The notes below the pieces were generated by a model. It was not told where the DNA came from, searched no databases, and was given only the letters and a program-made list of their open reading frames with translations. From positions 1-64,000 of the IMG/VR virus record IMGVR_UViG_3300018428_005148: a DNA stretch of 64,000 bases; one strand, given 5' to 3'. The DNA comes from a virus. A program made the translations under genes and the position numbers. Position 1 is the stretch's first letter; every line of letters begins with the position of its first letter. This document shows, in pieces, positions 1 to 10,186 of the stretch.

Positions 1-1185
1 ATCGTGAGGATCGTGGACTACACAGATGACGACGAAGGCATCTACACAATCTCATACGGTGAAGATGAAGGTGAAAACGATGTCACAGCAAAGGATTTGA
101 AATTCCTAGACCAAACAGGCAGAGACCAAGAAGAGATCAGCAAGTTTGGCGAAGACGCAGGCGAGGGACACATGAGCAAATCAACACTGTACCACACCGC
201 CAAGTATGCGATAGAGTTGATGGACATGATCCGCAAGGGTGACGACCTAGAAGGTTGGGTGCAGAGCAAACTTAACAAGGCCGCTGACTACCTACAGGGC
301 GTACACAACTACGAGGAATATCAGAAATTGAATCCCTACAGAGAAGAATTAGACGCAAACATTTTACAGAGACACGCGGGCATAGTACAGAAACATATTG
401 ACGAGATCTTAGCAAAAGAGACTACTATAGATGACGTTGACACAAAACCAGGCATGATGAGGATACTGGCAAAAAGAGTGAACGAAGTTGAAAAAGAGAT
501 AGCCAAAGAACAGAGGAAAGACACGGACGAGGAAGCACCCCCGGGCAGGGAGAAGCAGGTGAAAGCGTTAAAGAAGAAATTCAAGGACAAGGGCGCACCC
601 TACGCCATAGCGTGGGCACAACACAACAAACACGGCAAGCCCAAGAAGGAAGACGAGATAAACGAGGATCCTAGGGCAGTTGGAAAGGCGCTGGGCACAC
701 TCAAGTACGGTCGAGACATGGCAAAAGCAATTATTAGAGGTGAGAGCACTATGTCATTGAAAGCAAAGGCACAGGCATACCTAGGTGGCATCAATCAAAC
801 AATCGAATTACTAGACAAGATGTATCCAAAAAACGAGGATGTACAACTGGAAGAAGGATTGAAAGACTGGGCCAGGAACCTCGCAATGGCGGGTGTGATC
901 GTTGCAGGATTGGCTGGAGTTAATTCCATACAGGACGCCATAGACAGGAGCGTGCCGGCAGTGGCGGCGATGGAGAAAGCACTGGAAATGGCGCAGGACC
1001 AGGGCAACGACGAACTGGCAAAAATGATAAAAGGTGACCTAAGTGCTGTCAAAGTCAGGCTGAGTTCTGGTAAAGATCTCAACTTCATCAAGGGTATGCA
1101 GGACAAATACAGCAAATTCATCCAAACGGAAGGCCTAGCATACGAATCACGACTAGCAGTGAGGCTTGAACAACGCATTAAATAA
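1..1185 (+). CDS. Putative head-internal/virion protein (5'-partial)
   Basis: Frame open from position 1. Acidic, modular protein with motifs typical of T4-like phage head proteins (EGWVQSKLNKAADYL; APPGREKQVKALKKK..YAIAWAQHNK) separated by I/L-x-E sites. Confidence 0.5.
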   Translation: MVRIVDYTDDDEGIYTISYGEDEGENDVTAKDLKFLDQTGRDQEEISKFGEDAGEGHMSKSTLYHTAKYAIELMDMIRKGDDLEGWVQSKLNKAADYLQGVHNYEEYQKLNPYREELDANILQRHAGIVQKHIDEILAKETTIDDVDTKPGMMRILAKRVNEVEKEIAKEQRKDTDEEAPPGREKQVKALKKKFKDKGAPYAIAWAQHNKHGKPKKEDEINEDPRAVGKALGTLKYGRDMAKAIIRGESTMSLKAKAQAYLGGINQTIELLDKMYPKNEDVQLEEGLKDWARNLAMAGVIVAGLAGVNSIQDAIDRSVPAVAAMEKALEMAQDQGNDELAKMIKGDLSAVKVRLSSGKDLNFIKGMQDKYSKFIQTEGLAYESRLAVRLEQRIK

Positions 1186-1199
1186 AACTGTAACAATAA

Positions 1200-1205
1200 T
1201 AAATA
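1200..1205 (+). promoter_or_regulatory. TAAATA late-promoter-like box
   Basis: TAAATA 6 nt upstream of ATG 1212 with no SD; resembles the T4 late promoter TATAAATA. Confidence 0.6.
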
Positions 1206-1211
1206 CTTCGT

Positions 1212-2060
1212 ATGGCAAAAAAACAATCACCAGAAACAAGTTTCAGAGACCTAGTGGCCCGTTTGAATGCAATGAGCAACATGACTCCCGAGCAGGAGAG
1301 GGCGGAACTTATGGAAGCGGCCAATTCAGAACCAAAAGTTTTAGATGACAAAGACATCACATTGGCTGACATTGCCAAGTTAGCGGGCATAAAGGAATAC
1401 GTTGAGCCAACAAAAGTTTCACCAAAAGCGGAGAAACTGGTTGAGAGCATAACAGAAGAACCAAAAACAGAATCAGTAATCACAAAAGCCATCAAAGAAG
1501 CAGACGCTGACACATCTATTGCAACAACAATAAAAAAAGAAGTAAATGAAGAAGTAAACAGGTTAGATAAGATAGCAGAACTAGAGGCACAGTTGGCCGA
1601 GTTAAAGTCAGAACAAAAAGAAGAACAGACATATGACTCAAAATCATTCAGAGAAGTTATCACAAAAGATATCGCGGAATATATCAAGAACGCGGAAGAT
1701 TCTCAACTCGTGGAACTTTACAACACAATCTCAGACAATGAGGCAGTTTACAACGAGGAATCATCAAGCATTCTCATCAAGACTCCAGAGACTACTGAGA
1801 TCATAGCAGACGCTGAGAAGGCAGAAGCACCAGAAGAGGAAGTGATCGCAGACGCAGAGAGAAACACTTCAGAACCTCATAGACCAGAGGCAAAAGCCCA
1901 CGACAAGGAAGCGGAAGACAAGTCAGACGAGAAGGACACAGACGGCGAAGTGCCGATGCTTGACAAGGAATTCGACGATGACGATGAGATGGGCGAGGAC
2001 GTTGAACTTCCGACTGAAGACAAGTTCACAAACGATTTAGATCCGGCAGTAAAGAAATAG
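1212..2060 (+). CDS. Acidic coiled-coil protein, possible head scaffold/internal protein
   Basis: 282 aa, very E/D-rich, IAKLAGI motif, preceded by a late box. Confidence 0.45.
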   Translation: MAKKQSPETSFRDLVARLNAMSNMTPEQERAELMEAANSEPKVLDDKDITLADIAKLAGIKEYVEPTKVSPKAEKLVESITEEPKTESVITKAIKEADADTSIATTIKKEVNEEVNRLDKIAELEAQLAELKSEQKEEQTYDSKSFREVITKDIAEYIKNAEDSQLVELYNTISDNEAVYNEESSSILIKTPETTEIIADAEKAEAPEEEVIADAERNTSEPHRPEAKAHDKEAEDKSDEKDTDGEVPMLDKEFDDDDEMGEDVELPTEDKFTNDLDPAVKK

Positions 2061-2078
2061 TAGGAGATATATACAAGT

Positions 2079-2315
2079 GTGCAAAAACTTGTAAATTTCA
2101 TCTGGCTATTGTTTTCAAAACGTCCACCCTTCTACATGAGGGTGGTCATTATGTTTCTCATCGGGGGCATAGTGCCTGTGCTGGGACACTACTACCTAAG
2201 CCTGCACTTCGGTTCCAAGGCCGCAGTGGGCATGTTGTTGATATTCTTCTGGCCAGTTGCCGCACTGCTGATGTACCTCAGGAATGAGGGATGGCTGGAC
2301 GAGGAAGACGAGTAA
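2079..2315 (+). CDS. Small membrane protein
   Basis: 78 aa, two hydrophobic segments, GTG start with AGGAG upstream. Confidence 0.6.
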   Translation: MQKLVNFIWLLFSKRPPFYMRVVIMFLIGGIVPVLGHYYLSLHFGSKAAVGMLLIFFWPVAALLMYLRNEGWLDEEDE

Positions 2316-2320
2316 TTTTT

Positions 2321-2326
2321 TAAATA
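2321..2326 (+). promoter_or_regulatory. TAAATA late-promoter-like box
   Basis: 7 nt upstream of ATG 2334. Confidence 0.55.
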
Positions 2327-2333
2327 CAAGTGT

Positions 2334-2975
2334 ATGCGATTACACTTGACCGACAACAAATTCAATCCCGAACCATACTGGTATGAACGTGTGAAAAGTG
2401 TTTTCGCCTGTCCACCCAAAGAGGCCGTGGAACTGTTTGACCAGAACGGATATGATCTTACCAAACTAGAACAACTATATGCTGTGGCCAACGGTGAAAC
2501 TACCACAAAACACAGGGATGGAGAACACATCACCCTAAGAAAAACATGGTTTGAAGACGACTCACCTGAGTCTGGACCACACATCAATCATGCGGTGATG
2601 TTCGAAAGGAAGGGTTACGCCGGTGATGCCCTACACCAACTGCAAAACTGGGCATCTTACAGACCACAGTTCAACAAACTAGTGGCAATGAAGCCCAAGT
2701 GGGGTCTGGACTTCAGCATAGACTACTGTGACAGGGACGGCAACGTGTTTGAACTGCTACACTGGGAGTATGACGGTTTCGAATACAACGAGATTGCTGA
2801 CAAGAAAGCACGGATGGAGGAGTTCCTGTTGAACCAGGACTGGGACGAAAGAGCGAAAGTGATGCTGGAACGCAAGTCAGAATGGCATCAGTTGGGTTTT
2901 TTCGAACAGAGCGAGTGGAAAACACGCTTCTTTGGCATAGAAAAAGAGCGTTTCAAGATGGTGCTGTGGAAATAA
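2334..2975 (+). CDS. Hypothetical phage protein
   Basis: 213 aa ORF tiling between two late boxes. Confidence 0.7.
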   Translation: MRLHLTDNKFNPEPYWYERVKSVFACPPKEAVELFDQNGYDLTKLEQLYAVANGETTTKHRDGEHITLRKTWFEDDSPESGPHINHAVMFERKGYAGDALHQLQNWASYRPQFNKLVAMKPKWGLDFSIDYCDRDGNVFELLHWEYDGFEYNEIADKKARMEEFLLNQDWDERAKVMLERKSEWHQLGFFEQSEWKTRFFGIEKERFKMVLWK

Positions 2976-2978
2976 ATA
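2973..2978 (+). promoter_or_regulatory. TAAATA late-promoter-like box overlapping the stop codon
   Basis: Uses the TAA of the upstream gene; 6 nt before ATG 2985. Confidence 0.6.
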
Positions 2979-2984
2979 CGTAAA

Positions 2985-4046
2985 ATGAGCTCAATACCCT
3001 ACAACTACGGCAAATATGTTGATGACACAGTAAAACTGCGTGATCAAGGACATGTAGATGCGGGCAGACAGGTGCAATCACCTGCATCGGCGGGCAGTAG
3101 AGGGTTAAATAAAACAGTACAATTTACAAAGGATCCAACACAAATGAAGATGGGAGAATCAATTACTATGGAAGACATGAAAAGTTTAATCAGTAGAATA
3201 GATGGTTTGAACGTCCCAACTAACGAAGCACCAAAAGACAGCGACATAGATTACACAAAACTTATGTTAGACATTTCGGCTATGAAAGATAGGATAGCAG
3301 AACTGCCAATAGACGACGACAGGAAGACATCGGCTCTTACAGCACTGGGACAGGTGGAAGACGACCTGGCAATGGATGAATCAGCGGTGCAGGAAGACGA
3401 CAACAGCGACTATATCAAACAAGCATATATGTTGGCGGTCAAACATCACACAGATGGCTCAGGCGATGGAAACATTAATGAAGACATAGGTGACCTAATC
3501 GAAGACTATAACGAAAAAGCCGACAAAAAAATATCTCCAGAACAAATAATGAGTATCAGTAAAAAATACAATGCCGGGGGCGATTACGTGGAAGTTTTAT
3601 CCGCAGAAGGCATCGATGGCAAACTTTGGTTAGAGGTTGCAAAAGAATATTATGCCCAATTAGAATCATACCAACCATTCCCAGAAGCGGACGAAATGAC
3701 CTTCGAGGACGACGATGCATTCTATGAAGCGTTCGGTGAATTGGGTTTCCCAGAAGACGAGACCGAATTGTTTGACGCAGAATACAGAGGTAGGAAAGTA
3801 CCACTGAACAAACCAATGCGTGGTGATGTTAAGAAATTCAAAGTGTATGTCAAGGATCCAAAAACAGGCAACGTTAAAAAAGTTAATTTTGGACACGGCG
3901 GAAGTTCAGCGAGAAAAGCCGGACAGAAAACAATGAAAATCCGTAAGTCAAATCCAAAGGCGAGAAAAAGTTTCAGGGCTAGACACAACTGTGCCAACCC
4001 AGGACCTAAGACCAAAGCAAGATATTGGTCGTGCAGAAAGTGGTAG
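2985..4046 (+). CDS. Acidic protein with a basic C-terminal domain (DUF6321-like), putative virion-internal protein
   Basis: C-terminal AEYRGRKVPLNKP...KSFRARHNC...KARYWSCRKW module, familiar from T4-like cyanophage/pelagiphage proteins. Confidence 0.6.
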   Translation: MSSIPYNYGKYVDDTVKLRDQGHVDAGRQVQSPASAGSRGLNKTVQFTKDPTQMKMGESITMEDMKSLISRIDGLNVPTNEAPKDSDIDYTKLMLDISAMKDRIAELPIDDDRKTSALTALGQVEDDLAMDESAVQEDDNSDYIKQAYMLAVKHHTDGSGDGNINEDIGDLIEDYNEKADKKISPEQIMSISKKYNAGGDYVEVLSAEGIDGKLWLEVAKEYYAQLESYQPFPEADEMTFEDDDAFYEAFGELGFPEDETELFDAEYRGRKVPLNKPMRGDVKKFKVYVKDPKTGNVKKVNFGHGGSSARKAGQKTMKIRKSNPKARKSFRARHNCANPGPKTKARYWSCRKW

Positions 4047-4047
4047 T

Positions 4048-4230
4048 ATGCAAATCCGTGAAGTAGTTGGCATTACTGAACAAGAGTTCGAGGCGTTGGC
4101 CGAGAAGAAGGACGCCTGCTACCACAAAGTCAAATCAAGATACAAAGTATGGCCATCGGCCTATGCCTCTGGTGCTCTAGTGCAGTGTCGTAAAAAAGGT
4201 GCGGCCAACTGGGGTAACAAGAGCAAATGA
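4048..4230 (+). CDS. Small basic putative virion-internal protein
   Basis: Start re-assigned to ATG 4048 (MQIREV); KDACYHKVKSRYKVWPSAYASGALVQCRKKG module. Confidence 0.6.
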   Translation: MQIREVVGITEQEFEALAEKKDACYHKVKSRYKVWPSAYASGALVQCRKKGAANWGNKSK

Positions 4231-4622
4231 GGATCACAGACGTAATCACAGAGAAGTGCTGGAAGGGGTACGAGAAGAAGGGCATGAAGACCATGTTCGG
4301 CAAGCGTGTGCCCAACTGCGTCAAAAAAGAGGATGTGGACTTCTGCATCAACTGTGGTGGTCTAGTCTTCAATGAGACTCTGCATGAGGACCTCAAGAAA
4401 TGGTTTAAGGACAAATGGGTGCGAATGGGGCCTGGAGGAAAGATCAGAGGATCATGCGGCGGCAGGTCAAAAGGTGAAGGTAAGCCAAAATGCCTACCTG
4501 CCAAAAAAGCATACGCACTTGGTAAGAAGGGCAGAGCGTCAGCGGCACGCAGGAAAAGAAGGAAAGACCCAAATCCTGACAGGCGTGGTAAAGCGATAAA
4601 CGTGGCCACTAAGAAGAAATAA
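4227..4622 (+). CDS. Small basic Cys-containing protein (DUF5872-like)
   Basis: CWKGYEKKG..VPNCVK and DLKKWFKDKWV..CG..GKPKCLP modules; ATGA overlap with the upstream gene. Confidence 0.6.
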   Translation: MRITDVITEKCWKGYEKKGMKTMFGKRVPNCVKKEDVDFCINCGGLVFNETLHEDLKKWFKDKWVRMGPGGKIRGSCGGRSKGEGKPKCLPAKKAYALGKKGRASAARRKRRKDPNPDRRGKAINVATKKK

Positions 4623-4673
4623 GCCTATCTCAAAAAAAAATATTCAGTTACTAACATCTATAATTAAAAATAG

Positions 4674-5369
4674 ATGATAGATTACAAACATTGGTATCAT
4701 GTGCTCAAAGACATGCAGGCACAACCAAAAATACTACGGGATGACAGCGATCTCTATGGGCTGAATTTTCAGGACTATTTTGTGCTTAACAGGGTGCTTG
4801 AACACACTAGGGCCAAGAGGATTGGTTGGATAGGAGGGTTTAGTAACCTCGATTTTTTTGTATCACAACACAAGGTGGACTCAATCACAGAATGCACAAA
4901 CGTGGACCCTACTCCGGTGTCTGATTGGTGTAAAGTCAAACATAGACAGTACATCGAAAAATATTGGTATCAAGGAAGGTATGAATTTATCGAGGAAAAG
5001 TATCAACAACCCATGTTGCAAAATGTTGACTTCCTCAGTTCTATCACTCCACCACTTTCAGATGTTAATTTTGAGATTATGCCCAATCTAGAAACTTTTG
5101 TGCAGTACCATTATGGATCACCTAAATTCATGAACACAATAAAAAAACAAGTTTGTGCGATGCCGCAAAGAATTATTACAAACAACATAGTGGTGTATTC
5201 CACTCACGTACTCGAGGCGGTGCTAGAAGATTGCCTTTATCTGGAAAAAGTTGTAAAAAGTGATGTTGGTAAAATAAGCGATGTCATCTACGTAGATGAT
5301 AAAAGGACTAGAATGAACTGGCACGAGAGGATCAGCGGGTTATCGTACTTTAATAAATTGACAAAATAA
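4674..5369 (+). CDS. Hypothetical AT-rich accessory protein
   Basis: 231 aa ORF; TATAAT at 4659-4664 upstream. Confidence 0.6.
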   Translation: MIDYKHWYHVLKDMQAQPKILRDDSDLYGLNFQDYFVLNRVLEHTRAKRIGWIGGFSNLDFFVSQHKVDSITECTNVDPTPVSDWCKVKHRQYIEKYWYQGRYEFIEEKYQQPMLQNVDFLSSITPPLSDVNFEIMPNLETFVQYHYGSPKFMNTIKKQVCAMPQRIITNNIVVYSTHVLEAVLEDCLYLEKVVKSDVGKISDVIYVDDKRTRMNWHERISGLSYFNKLTK

Positions 5370-5405
5370 TTTAAAGGCATTAATATATTAAAAAAGGAGA
5401 AAAAT

Positions 5406-5663
5406 ATGGCAGTAAGAAACTTCAATGACGCTGAAAAGCAAAAATTGATCCAAATAATTTCCCAAGGCTCACAGGTACTAGGTGAGGTTGAGGACTTGAA
5501 AAGTGGATTAAAAGACACAGTAAAAGCAATCGCAGAAGAACTAGAACTCAAACCAGCACTAATCAACAAAGCGATATCCGTTGCTCACAAAGGCAACTAC
5601 CAGAACATCGCTGACGAGATGGACACGCTGGAGAGCATACTAAACACAGCCGGCAAACTTTAA
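5406..5663 (+). CDS. dsDNA-binding protein, T4 DsbA-like
   Basis: 85 aa helical protein (EDLKSGLKDTVKAIAEELELKPALINKAISVAHKGNY), strong SD AAGGAG. Confidence 0.65.
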   Translation: MAVRNFNDAEKQKLIQIISQGSQVLGEVEDLKSGLKDTVKAIAEELELKPALINKAISVAHKGNYQNIADEMDTLESILNTAGKL

Positions 5664-5947
5664 TGTTAGCGAAAGTCAGATCCTTCTGGCTTCGTAGTTT
5701 TGAAAGTGACAGGATCGCATTCTATTTCGAACTGATCAGTTTCATATTCACGGTTGGAGCCAGCCTCACACTTGCGATAACGGCCGCAGACCCAGACATG
5801 ACAATAGTCTATCCTGCATTCTTTGTGGGTGCGGTGACTCAATGTTATGCTTCCTATAGGAGGAACGCCGCGTTCGTTATGATGATCACTGGCTACTTCT
5901 CAATCATAAATGTCTACGGATATGGCGTAGCAAGTTATTGGTGGTAG
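5663..5947 (+). CDS. Small three-TM membrane protein
   Basis: 94 aa with hydrophobic segments; TAATG coupling. Confidence 0.65.
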   Translation: MLAKVRSFWLRSFESDRIAFYFELISFIFTVGASLTLAITAADPDMTIVYPAFFVGAVTQCYASYRRNAAFVMMITGYFSIINVYGYGVASYWW

Positions 5948-5948
5948 T

Positions 5949-8612
5949 ATGAGTTACATAGACGCATTATACAAAAAAGACGAGGACAGGATTTACGTTG
6001 TAGAACGTGATCCCAAGAAGGGCAGGATATTCACGGAGTATGATGCCAGATACGTGTTCTACTATCCAGACGCAAGGGGCAAACACAGAGGTATGACAGG
6101 TGAGCCATTGCAGAGAGTGGTGTGTTCAACATCAAAAGAATTCATAAAAGAGCAACGTATAAGATCAAACAAGCAACTTTATGAACACGATATCAATCCT
6201 GTGTTCAGGTGTCTGGAAGAGAATTACCTAGGTAAGGAAACTCCAAAACTGAACGTGATGTTCTTTGATATCGAGGTAGACTTCGATCCAGATCGAGGTT
6301 ACTCCACAACAGATGATCCGTTCATGCCCATAACTGCCATAAGTTGTTACATGAGTTGGACGGATCAACTGATCACACTGGCAGTGCCGCCTAAGACAAT
6401 CAGTATGCAGGACGCGGAAGAACTAACAAAGAGATTCGACAACACCATGTTGTTCGAGAAAGAGAAAGACATGCTTGACGCTTTCCTACAACTTGTTGAG
6501 GACGCAGACATACTGTCAGGTTGGAACAGTGAGGGTTACGATATCCCATACACCGTGGGAAGAATACAAAAAGTGTTGAGTGGAGATGACACAAGGCGAT
6601 TGTGTTTCTGGGGAGAGAAACCAAAAAGAAGAGTTTTTGAGAAGTATGGCAGAGAGCAGTTGAGTTTTGATCTCGTGGGCAGAGTACACTTGGATTTGCT
6701 AGAACTATACAGAAAGTACACATACGAAGAGAGACACAGTTTCAGACTAGATGCGATAGGCGAACACGAACTGGGCGAGAAGAAAACCGTGTACGAAGGT
6801 TCCTTAGATAATCTATACAAGAATGATTTTGGACTATTCATAGAATACAACAGACAAGACACAGCATTATTGGCCAAACTCGAAAAGAAACTGAAGTTCA
6901 TAGAACTTGCGAACGAGATAGCACACCAGAACACTGTACTACTACAGACCACAATGGGTGCGGTCGCGGTGACAGAACAAGCAATAGTCAACGAGGCGCA
7001 CAGAAGAGGAATGCAGGTGCCAGGCAGGAAATACAAAAAAGAAGGTGAGGAGAATCAACCAGCGGCGGGTGCTTACGTGGCCACGCCAACCAAAGGAATA
7101 CACGACTGGATAGGATCCATTGACATCAACAGTCTATATCCCAGTGTGATTAGAGCACTCAACATGGGACCTGAGACCATAGTGGGACAGATACGTCCGG
7201 TTATCACATCAGCGGAAATAAACAGGGCCAAACACGCCAAGAAATCATTCGCGGCCGCATGGGACAGCCAATTTGGAAGTTGGGAATATCAGGCCGTGAT
7301 GAATCAAGAGAAGGGCACTGAGATAATTGTGGACTGGGAAGACAAGACCAGTGTGAGGATGAGTGCGGCACAACTGTACGAGATAATATTCGATGGCAAC
7401 AACAAGTGGATGTTGAGTGCGAACGGTACGATATTCACATACGAATACGAGGCTATCATTCCGGGATTATTGAAACGTTGGTACGCAGAACGTCAAGAAA
7501 TGCAACAGAAAATGCGTGAGTGTGGTGACAACGAGATAGAAAGGGAGTACTGGGACAAGAGACAACTTGTCAAGAAGATTAATCTGAACAGCCTGTATGG
7601 TGCAATCTTGAATCCAGGGTGCAGGTTCTTTGACATCAGGATTGGACAATCAGTTACACTGACAGGAAGATGTATAACCAAACACATGGCCAGCAAGGTC
7701 AACGAGATCGTTGCAGGAAAATATGACCACAAAGGTGAGAGCGTGGTTTATGGAGACACAGATTCTGTGTATTTCACTGCACACAAGACACTGCAAAAAG
7801 AAATCAACGAAGGCACGATCCCGTGGACAAAAGATTCAGTGGTTGCACTTTATGATAAGATATCAGACGAAGTGAATGGTTCATTCAAAGCATTCATGAC
7901 AAAGGCTTTCCACACGCCAAGCACACGTGGAGAGGTCATAAAGGCAGGCAGAGAACTCGTTGCTTCTAAAGGACTGTTCATCACAAAGAAAAGATATGCA
8001 GTGCTCTACTATGACAAGGAAGGCACACGGACGGATGTTGAGGGCAAGGAAGGGAAGATGAAGGCGATGGGTCTCGACCTTAAACGATCAGATACTCCGG
8101 TGTACGTGCAAGACTTCTTGAGTGACCTGCTGTACATGGTACTGACTGGCAAGACGGAAAAGCAAGTGCTAGACAAGATCAGCGAATTCAGGGCCGACTT
8201 CAAGGCAAGGCCAGGTTGGGAAAAAGGCTCTCCAAAGAGAGCAAACAACATGACCAAGTACACGGAAGAGGAGAACAAGAAAGGCAAAACCAACATGCCG
8301 GGACACGTGAGGGCCAGCATGAACTGGAACAGGTGCAGGGAGATGTATGGCGACAAGTACAGTATGCCGATCACAGATGGTGCCAAGGTAATTGTGTGTA
8401 AGCTCAAAAGCAATCCGTTGGGTTACACCAGCATAGCGTATCCTGTGGACGAACTGCGTATACCGGAATGGTTCAAGGAACTGCCGTTCGACGCTGATGC
8501 AATGGAGAGCACGATACTTGACCAGAAGATAGACAACCTGATTGGCGTGCTGAAATGGGACGTGCAGAGCACAGAGACCACAAACACCTTCAACAAATTG
8601 TTTGAGTTCTAA
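5949..8612 (+). CDS. Family B DNA polymerase (gp43-like)
   Basis: Exo motifs FDIEVD, GWNSEGYDIPY, YNRQD; polymerase motifs DINSLYPS, KINLNSLYG, YGDTDS. Confidence 0.97.
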   Translation: MSYIDALYKKDEDRIYVVERDPKKGRIFTEYDARYVFYYPDARGKHRGMTGEPLQRVVCSTSKEFIKEQRIRSNKQLYEHDINPVFRCLEENYLGKETPKLNVMFFDIEVDFDPDRGYSTTDDPFMPITAISCYMSWTDQLITLAVPPKTISMQDAEELTKRFDNTMLFEKEKDMLDAFLQLVEDADILSGWNSEGYDIPYTVGRIQKVLSGDDTRRLCFWGEKPKRRVFEKYGREQLSFDLVGRVHLDLLELYRKYTYEERHSFRLDAIGEHELGEKKTVYEGSLDNLYKNDFGLFIEYNRQDTALLAKLEKKLKFIELANEIAHQNTVLLQTTMGAVAVTEQAIVNEAHRRGMQVPGRKYKKEGEENQPAAGAYVATPTKGIHDWIGSIDINSLYPSVIRALNMGPETIVGQIRPVITSAEINRAKHAKKSFAAAWDSQFGSWEYQAVMNQEKGTEIIVDWEDKTSVRMSAAQLYEIIFDGNNKWMLSANGTIFTYEYEAIIPGLLKRWYAERQEMQQKMRECGDNEIEREYWDKRQLVKKINLNSLYGAILNPGCRFFDIRIGQSVTLTGRCITKHMASKVNEIVAGKYDHKGESVVYGDTDSVYFTAHKTLQKEINEGTIPWTKDSVVALYDKISDEVNGSFKAFMTKAFHTPSTRGEVIKAGRELVASKGLFITKKRYAVLYYDKEGTRTDVEGKEGKMKAMGLDLKRSDTPVYVQDFLSDLLYMVLTGKTEKQVLDKISEFRADFKARPGWEKGSPKRANNMTKYTEEENKKGKTNMPGHVRASMNWNRCREMYGDKYSMPITDGAKVIVCKLKSNPLGYTSIAYPVDELRIPEWFKELPFDADAMESTILDQKIDNLIGVLKWDVQSTETTNTFNKLFEF

Positions 8613-8620
8613 ATATCATT

Positions 8621-9418
8621 ATGTTAAGCATAGAAGAAATTAGGCTGTTGAAAGAAAAACTTCAAAGACTGAAAGGAACGGACTGGAGCAAACTTGTTGA
8701 GGAAAATCTAAAATTGATCACAGATCTAGAATCTGCCATAGACGCTAACAATAAATCTATAATTAAAAAATTAGGCAAAACGCCTGAATGGTTTCAAAAA
8801 GATTTAGAGCACAAATCTACTGTTCCAGAGGTCGACCAGATGCTTTACACCCAGGTCCAAACAAAAATATTCCAGTTTGCAAGGACCAATATTTACAACA
8901 GTCTGGAAATAGGTCCTGGCTTTGGAATGTTTTCCAAAGAGTTCAGAGCATGGCGAATGAATTATTTTCTCGACGTATTGCCTGGTTGCGAAAAAAAGAT
9001 ACGGAGAAGGTTCAAACCTGCCCATCAAAAATACTTGAAGTTTTACCTAACAAAAAACACAGAATGTTCTAATATCCCACAAAACAGTTGTAATTTTATA
9101 TTCAGTTGGGACACATTTGTTTTCTTTGACCAAAATCACATTCAACAATATTTGCATGATATCAAACGTGTCATTGTTCCGGGAGGATACTGCTTTATGC
9201 AATATGCCGATTGCCATTTTGATCATGACCTTAATAAAGCAAAACGTGGTTATTGGGCCTATAATACAAAAACTGCCATGACTGCAATGATCAAAGACGA
9301 GGGTTATGAGATAGTGGAAATGAACCAGTTCCGTCCTGGGGCCAACTACGCAATATTCCGCAAACCTGGTAAACAAAATCCGGTCGTGTACAAAGTTTCA
9401 GAAATAACCGTAGACTAA
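8621..9418 (+). CDS. Class I SAM-dependent methyltransferase
   Basis: LEIGPGFG motif I, FIFSWDTF, RVIVPGG; preceded by TAAATA (8610-8615). Confidence 0.8.
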   Translation: MLSIEEIRLLKEKLQRLKGTDWSKLVEENLKLITDLESAIDANNKSIIKKLGKTPEWFQKDLEHKSTVPEVDQMLYTQVQTKIFQFARTNIYNSLEIGPGFGMFSKEFRAWRMNYFLDVLPGCEKKIRRRFKPAHQKYLKFYLTKNTECSNIPQNSCNFIFSWDTFVFFDQNHIQQYLHDIKRVIVPGGYCFMQYADCHFDHDLNKAKRGYWAYNTKTAMTAMIKDEGYEIVEMNQFRPGANYAIFRKPGKQNPVVYKVSEITVD

Positions 9419-9439
9419 GACCTAAATATCATATACAAT
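9411..9439 (+). promoter_or_regulatory. Composite promoter: sigma70-like TAGACT-17-TACAAT with TAAATA in the spacer
   Basis: -35 at 9411-9416, -10 at 9434-9439, TAAATA at 9423-9428. Confidence 0.5.
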
Positions 9440-9448
9440 TAGAACATT

Positions 9449-10186
9449 ATGATAGACATCTTAAAAGACATCGTTAAACACACGCATGGATTGGGATTCT
9501 TGGATCTTGTCAAGATCACTGGTGATGATAAGGAAACTAACATCGACTCAATGGCCGAAGACAGATCTGTGATCCTGCAAGGGTCTTTCCACAAACCACA
9601 ACCGGAAATGAACGGTACGTTTGGTATGCCTCAGATGGGCAAACTGGACATTCACCTGAAGTGTCCGGAGTACAAGGAGAAGGCGAACATAACCGTGTTG
9701 TCTGGTGAGAGAAACGGCGCAACGGTTCCCACAGGCATCCATTTCGAGAATGAAAAGGGTGACTTCAAGAACGACTACAGGTTCATGAACGCTGAGATCA
9801 TCAACGAGAAACTTAAGACCGTGAAGTTCAAGGGTGTTAAGTGGGACGTAGAGATCGAGCCTACAGTGGCTAGTGTGCAGAGATTCAACTTCCAGGCCAC
9901 AGCAAACACAGAACACAATTCATTCGTCGTGAGGACGGAAGATGGAAATCTGATATTCACCTTCGGTGACCAAGCGTCACATGGTGGTGAGTTCGTTTTC
10001 GCAACCGACGTTAAGGGCACACTTAACAAGGGTTGGAGTTGGCCGGTTGGACAGGTGTTGCAGATCCTTAAACTGTCAGATTCAGCGAAGGTCACTTTGC
10101 ACTTCTCTAACGAGGGTGCGATGCAGGTCTCTGTTGACTCTGGTTTGGGCAAGTATCAATACATTATACCAGCACAGGCGCAATAA
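9449..10186 (+). CDS. Probable DNA polymerase sliding clamp (gp45-like)
   Basis: 245 aa alternating beta/alpha pattern, C-terminal YQYIIPA strand, position next to the polymerase. Confidence 0.6.
   Translation: MIDILKDIVKHTHGLGFLDLVKITGDDKETNIDSMAEDRSVILQGSFHKPQPEMNGTFGMPQMGKLDIHLKCPEYKEKANITVLSGERNGATVPTGIHFENEKGDFKNDYRFMNAEIINEKLKTVKFKGVKWDVEIEPTVASVQRFNFQATANTEHNSFVVRTEDGNLIFTFGDQASHGGEFVFATDVKGTLNKGWSWPVGQVLQILKLSDSAKVTLHFSNEGAMQVSVDSGLGKYQYIIPAQAQ

Noticed and set aside
5949-8612. Intein or intron in the DNA polymerase
   Set aside because: Continuous 887-aa ORF of normal size with contiguous motifs.
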